Assembly: GCA_012026655.1 (NCBI GenBank)
Contig: JAAILG010001810.1
Span: forward strand, 1 to 61,483
Direction: 5' to 3'
Source of the DNA: Hydrolagus affinis
Lineage: Eukaryota
Length of the DNA stretch: 61,483 nt
The notes under the pieces are model-generated. The model was not told where the DNA came from. It saw nothing but the letters and a program-made list of their open reading frames with translations, and did not search any database. Both the position numbers and the translations under genes were made by a program. Positions 55,173-61,483 of this stretch are shown here, one piece after another; position 1 is the stretch's first letter, and each line of letters opens with the position of its first letter.

Positions 55173-57297
55173 TTAAATGATTAAATGATGAGGGGAAAAA
55201 TAAATGGCCTTGATCAGGTACCGAACCCAACCAGGTTTTCAATTTAGTCAAGGTGATCGATGAGCAGAGAACACAGAGATAATAACCTTCTTATAGCATC
55301 AGGATTGGGTCAACCGTGCTGACAGAAACGGGACAGAAAGGCAAGGAAGTGTCACTGGTGAACAGCGGCTGTTAAGATAAAGACACACAAGACTTAATTT
55401 TTTTTAAAAAAGGAATCCATTTACGGCACAAAATTTTCCTGAAAATAGGATAGGAAGCAAAAAAAAACTATACACAAGTCAATACTGTATCGCCCGCCCA
55501 ATTTGTCAAATCAAACCCTTGTGAGCAGCCGAATCAAATCAAATCTGTGCGACATTATTATACATACCTTCTCTTCTGCCACTTATCCATCATTCATCCT
55601 GCTTTCTTCCTCCCTCCAGTCTCTCCGTCTCTCCCTGTTTCTATTTCTCTCTCTCTCCGGTGTGTGGATTAGATGCATGTGGCTGAGAGCTCCATCGCAT
55701 CGTACAGCAGCATTAGCGAAAGCAGCTGGACCAGAATCTCAGCGGATAGTTGCACAAATTCAACGCAACCACTCAGTCACCTTGACTGCCCTTTCCATTT
55801 CAGTTTAGCAAGAAATCTGCAGTACCTCACATTTCTCATTAAAATTTCATAGGGCTACTTAAACTCTGTTTAATGGCAGCCTCGATACAACTCATCTTCC
55901 ACTAAGGCCTTGGATCAGTATTATGTTGTGACATAGCTTTTCCAACCACAGATCTGGCTGAATTCCATCTCGAATACAAGACAGGTAATTTAGTCACATT
56001 CTCCACCCTTTTCATTGCAATGAATCCCACATTTGCTTAGAACACCACCAATTTTCAATGGCAAAACTGTACGTTTAAGCTGGCCTAACGTAATGTAACA
56101 GGGGCATCTAACATTGTGATGTGGAGAATCAAACTCAGCAGAAATCTGAAAACAGTATTTGAAACCAGATCAAGCGCTCGCATCACTGCAAACGCTGGTA
56201 GATATCATTTGTTGCCAAATATATGACTGAGCATATCATCCATTAAAGGCAATTTTGAAAAAAAAAATCAGGATCCCCCAACTAAATATATAACATCTAC
56301 TAGGAAAGGAAAAAACATTTTCCCCCAAATCTACAAGATGATGGTATAATTATCAAACGTGTTTTAATCATTTCCGAATACATGGATGTGGATCAGAGTG
56401 CCTAGTGCAAAACGTTTTTATGTGTGCAAATGCCACACAATACAGTCACTCCATTAATTTTTTTACAGTAAAACTTGTGAAGCGCTTTGAGACGCAGTGT
56501 TTTCTGATAACACTTTTCAAAACAACATTGAATGGTATTTCCCTGATTTTATTGAACATCAGAACCAGTAGGTTAGACTTGGTTTCTGCACCTGACATCA
56601 CATCATGGTACAAATTGCAAACAATGTAACGTTGAATATCTGGAAAGAATATTCTACCGTTCGTATATAGCAAACATTGTACCCTGATCCAGGGTTAATA
56701 TATTCATACCACATGTGGAATGAAAATAACTATCGACATTTATATACTTAATGAAAAAAAATAACATTTTGTTGAAATATAGAGTTTTAATCTTGGGGAT
56801 AAATAACATGTGCTACAAGTGAAATGATACATGGGACTCAGTGGGTTTTGAAATGAAACAGACACAGGACTCGTGTGACAAGTCATATATTTTCCATAAA
56901 CGTTTAGTTCCTGGTTTCAGAAATAGCTAAATCTCGAGTGTTTATTCAAGATTCATTTTGCTTGTTGAATTTGCCTTCTTTTCGGCAGACTTGTGTATTT
57001 GCGTATGGAAAAATCATTTATAAAATTATCCAGTGTAGCTAGCCCCGCACCATTTAGAGTCTCAATTGTTGTTGTGATCCATGTTTGGAGATGAAGGAAC
57101 GAGGACACAGAGGCAACAGTAGGATTTTAGTTGCGTATTTCTTTCGGGTTTTCTCTATTGCAGTTTCCCACTGCTGATGTTTGCTCCCACACTTCTTCCT
57201 TTCATTTTCACCGTCCTCACTCTCACAAGGTTGATTTGCACGAAGAAGGTCCTTTGGGCAAAGAATTACGAAAAAAAATTAAAACTCAGCCTTGTAC

Positions 57298-57613
57298 TAA
57301 TAATCCTTGCATTTGCTATAGTGCTTTTCACATCTTATCGACGTCTCAAAGCGCTTCACAGAATATACCGTAAAGTGAATTGACTGTATATTTGTGGGCG
57401 AAACGTGGTAGCGAATTGCACACAGCAGTGTCCCCACAAATAGTCGTGGATTGAAATGAACAATTTTTATTATTGTTTTTTTTGAAGAGATTATTAATAG
57501 GCATGTAGAGTAAGGAAACTTGCCCAAGGTTTTGCCCTGATCTGCCTGGATTCGAACACAGGTCTCACGCTTGTAAGGGGAATGCTCTAACCACTGAGCT
57601 ACATGACTCCACA
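57298..57613 (-). mobile_element. Full-length tRNA-derived SINE
   Basis: A/B boxes, Deu core and (TTA)n tail. Confidence 0.9.
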
Positions 57614-57953
57614 GCCTTGATACAGAAGCCAGTGAAGCAAAGCATTTGAGTACCTCTGACTTCTCCGCAATAGCCTCACCACAATGTTTCACACATCGAA
57701 ACTAAATTGCAGAATTAAACTGAATGTTATTTTAATGAGGGATATTATAAGCACAAACAATGCTTTAGTTACCCTTGACAAAGATATGGTTCCCTCTCTC
57801 CTTTGTTTTATGAGTGATCAAATAATGTCCAGAATGAGGAACAAAGCATTCATATTGTGACTATCTTGGCTTTCAATATTGCCTTTTGTAGCAGAGAGTC
57901 AAAGTGAGGGACCTTTTCACTTTCTTTGTGCTTCATGAATGCAAGTAAATGTG

Positions 57954-58270
57954 TGTGGAGTTCTGTAGCTCAGCGGTTAGACCACTTGCCTAACAAGTGT
58001 GAGACCTGTGTTCGAATCCAGGCAGGTCAGGGCGAATCCCTGGGCAAGTTTCCTTACTCCACACGCCTAATAATAATACCTCAAATAAAACAATCATAAA
58101 ATTGGTCATTTCAGTCCACGACTGTTTGTGGGACGCTGCCGTGTGCAATTGGCTGCTGCGTTTCCCCACAAATATAGAGTCAATTCTCTTTACAGTATAT
58201 TCTGTGAAGCGCTTTGAGACGTCTAGAAAGGGTGACAAGGCACTATATCAAATGCAAGGATTATTATTAT
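57954..58270 (+). mobile_element. Full-length tRNA-derived SINE
   Basis: tgtggagttctgtagctcagcggttaga...gttcgaatcc...tgcaaggattattattat. Confidence 0.9.
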
Positions 58271-59703
58271 AAATACAAACATCAAGCCTCTTTTTATATC
58301 CCCGAAAAATGCTACAGAGGAAAGAAACCTAATCTTACCAGTTCATCTGTGTACGGTAGAATTAAAGTTACTGCTGGAAAGTATCTGAACACATGCGAAA
58401 GAGCTGTGGTATGGATCATCAATTACTGGACAGACTGGCTGGGTGGTGGGGGTTGGTTGGGGGGGTGGGTGTGGGGGAGGGAAGCTGCTGGCATGCTAAC
58501 TGGCTGACGTGGCATCTGTGGAATAGAATTTTTACTTCAATGGTTGCCAGACCACATGAGTGATAAAAAAAATCATTTCATGCAATGTACGCGCATTGGA
58601 ACAAAGTGCATTCAAATGTTTCGTCGGCGCTTGTAACACTTTTTATTTCTGCCAACTGAGGTTGAGTGTCACAAATGGCTTATCAATGTGACAACTTAAA
58701 GGCCTCTGAAAAGCACAGGCCGAAGGCTGTTAGATTATAATTGAAAAAGTATTGGTGAGTAACATCACACCCGTGCTGACATTTGTTGAGAGAAACACGT
58801 TAGTAATGCAACACCAATAATAGCATGTTATGAAAGCAAGAGTCCCTACATTTACACACAATAAGCAACACTTCTCATATCTACAGGGATTCATTCCTAT
58901 CCTTGTATAATGCAGGAAATCCAAAGGGTCTCATTTGAACAAGTGAAGAAAAAGTTTTGAATTAAGTTTTAGAATTTCGAATGAATGTTATTTCTGTTTA
59001 ATTCCAAATCAAACATCTCTTATTAATTTTTTTAAAATCCCCAAATGCTGCCATTTGAATAACAGGTGCCTTGGTGCCTTGTGGGGATGTAAACTAATAG
59101 CATTTTATATATTATTTAGAAGCAAAAATTAAAGTATTGTTATTGTTTCCAGAATGTTTATCAGTGATGTTTTTTTTCCACTTCTGGCCATTATACAGCA
59201 AGAATCGAAGGAACATAACACATTAATGTAGAATTAATATAATGATGGTCTAGGAGTTCAAACAAATCATGCAGTGACTTGGGCACACAACACTGCTTCA
59301 GCCTTATTGGAATTCTAGAGTGTGACCACTTTCTTGCACAGGGGCAAAGCTTTATGTTGAAGATGTATAGCAACTGCCTCAGCCACTGGCACTCGCTCAC
59401 CTCACCAAGCTCATCACTGAGAACCAGAGGGAACATTTTCTCTCTCAAAGGCGTAACAATGGCGGTTGTTCTTATACTCTGATACCTTAGCTCTACCCAG
59501 GTGAGTATAGTTTGGGGGTATTGAACACTTATGCTTTGCTTCCCAGTAATTCATCTAGCGATTCAAATTCTGTACAGAAACCAGTTATCTTCAAACAGAC
59601 TTGTCTTCCAGCATCATATGCAATTTTTTTTTCCTATTAGTGATTGAGTGGGAATAAAATGAATTAGTTTTTCTTCCAGTGTCATTAATAATAAGAGAGC
59701 ATT

Positions 59704-60001
59704 TGTGGGATATGACTTAGTGGTTAGAGCACGTGTCCTACAAGCATGAGACCTGTGTTTGAATCCAGGCAGATCAGGCTGAAACCTTGGGCAAGTTTCC
59801 TTACTCCACATGCCTACTAATAATCCCTCCAAAAAAACCACAATAATAAAAATTGGTCATTTCAATCCACGACTGTTTGTGGGAACGCTGCTGTGGCAAT
59901 TGGCTGCCACGTTTTGCCCACAAATATACAGTCAATTCACTTTAGAGGATGTGAAAAGCGCTATATCTAATTCAAGGATTATTATCATTATTATTATTAT
60001 T
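59704..60001 (+). mobile_element. tRNA-derived SINE with deletion in the 3' stem
   Basis: A/B boxes and core present; caattcacttta joined directly to gaggatgtgaaaagcgc. Confidence 0.85.
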
Positions 60002-61018
60002 AGTTTAGCTGGTTAAACTCCACAGGTACCACAAGGCCAAGATCTGAGGTCCTTGGTTCCTGAGTGTGCTTGAGCTAACCTTGGCTCTTGCCAACCTGCG
60101 TCTCACGCTCTGCGATTTAGGTAAAGCAGGACAGGTCCCTCAAGGTGAGAAAGAGAGAGAGTGCACATTCCATTCCAGACATGATTCAAACACAAAAAAT
60201 ATATCTTGCCGACAGGACCATTTGAGAAATGAAAATAATTACCAAGAGTTACAATCGCAGGAATAGCCTTTCTTTTAAATACATTCTGCACAATTATTTT
60301 TTTCACAGATTTTTACAGATATATTACACAAACAAAATCACCTTTGGGGATATTAGCTGAAATTCTTTAATATCTGCAAACTGAGAGAACAGAGCAAATA
60401 TATTTGCCAGTTAGTCACACTTCATCGCATCTCTTTATAGCAGCTCAATTGTTTTACTAGTGTCCCGGATGGGTGACAGTTGCTGAAATGCAAACTGAAT
60501 CCCCCTAATTGCTTTAAAATGTGTACAATGGCTGTATGTGAAAATCTTACCAGCAGATCTGAATCGCTAGACTAAGAGGATTCACAGAGATGCTTTAAAA
60601 GATCAACTTTGGGAGAACTCAAGGCCCCTAACAATAGGTAGAGACTGCGTAAAGTGAAACCCCAGTATGAATTACCAGAAAGGAAAGATTGTAACCAAAA
60701 TTTGTCTGATTAGAAATGGTTTGCAGGTATAAATCAAATTCTTTTAACACAGGAAACCCATTCCCTTGTTTAGTTCAGATAGTCTGGTTGGTGCCAGATA
60801 GTATTCTCTTAACAGTCTGGTGGGATTTTATATACAGTAATTAAAGTATACTGAGGAGCAAACATTTGTTATGATGTTAATGTACAGTATAAATAACCAA
60901 TGAGAAACTTTATAGCGTATTTAATTAGCTCAATTTGCATTTTTGTTTTTCCGCTCGCCTCGTTTTTTGGCTCCAGATCATTCTCCCAACTCTGTCCTCT
61001 TTAGCTGTGACTTGCATT

Positions 61019-61285
61019 ATAATAATAATAATAATCCTTTCATTTGATATAGCGCCTTCCACGTCTTTTAGACGTCTCAAAGCGCTTCACAGAATATGCT
61101 GTAAAGTGACTTGATTGTATATTTGTGGGCGAAACGCAGCAGCCAATTGCGCACAGCGGCGTCCCCACAAACAGCCATGGATTGAAATGACCAATTTATT
61201 GTAGTTTTTTGGGGGATGGATTGTTATTAGGCATGCCCAAGGTTTCGCCCTTGACCTGCCTGGATTCGAACACAGTTCTCACGCT
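61019..61285 (-). mobile_element. tRNA-derived SINE, A-box end truncated
   Basis: (TTA)n tail, core and B box gttcgaatcc on the minus strand. Confidence 0.85.
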
Positions 61286-61341
61286 AACTTCTAACTGAAC
61301 GGTGAAGGTTTGAATATTTTGCTCGCATGGAATGTCTGAAG

Positions 61342-61483
61342 CAACAACAACAACAACAACAAATTACATTTATAGAGCGCCTTTCACGTCGGGAGGACGT
61401 CCCAAGGCACTGCACAGGGGGAGTGTGACCCGAGCTGGGAGGGGAGTGTTTGGGCGGGGGTGAAACACGAAGGGGAGGTTGAA
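61342..61483 (-). mobile_element. Young L2 3' end running off the window
   Basis: (AAC)n-aaattacatttatagagcgcctttcacgtcgggaggacgtcccaagg. Confidence 0.85.

Noticed and set aside
57297-57692. 131-aa ORF and similar ORFs at 998, 25071, 51632 and 52442 sharing IHFTVYSVK/KCKNYY peptides
   Set aside because: The shared peptides are translations of the SINE consensus, not a gene family

Overview
Vertebrate genomic DNA (AT-rich, intron-rich). The repeat content (a tRNA-headed Deu-type SINE ending in (TTA)n and L2 LINE ends in (TTG)n) suggests a cartilaginous fish, probably a chimaera such as Callorhinchus; this is an inference. The + strand carries 18 coding exons of IFT80 (7809-50579), with consistent splice phases and no internal stops. 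The short first coding exon lies upstream of the window, and the first exon seen is entered through a U12-type (AT-AC) acceptor. Downstream and convergent on the - strand is an uninterrupted CDS orthologous to C3orf80 (signal peptide, six Cys, TM helix, PY motifs), the same arrangement as in human. Introns contain many SINE copies, L2 and CR1 fragments and several Tigger/pogo-like MITEs, one with a long internal palindrome. The best leads are two in-frame microexon candidates in IFT80 introns (18 nt and 24 nt), the minor-spliceosome acceptor, a candidate 5'UTR intron and a Shisa-like/PPxY architecture for C3orf80, and several fold-back structures. I found no evidence of a wholly novel multi-gene system.
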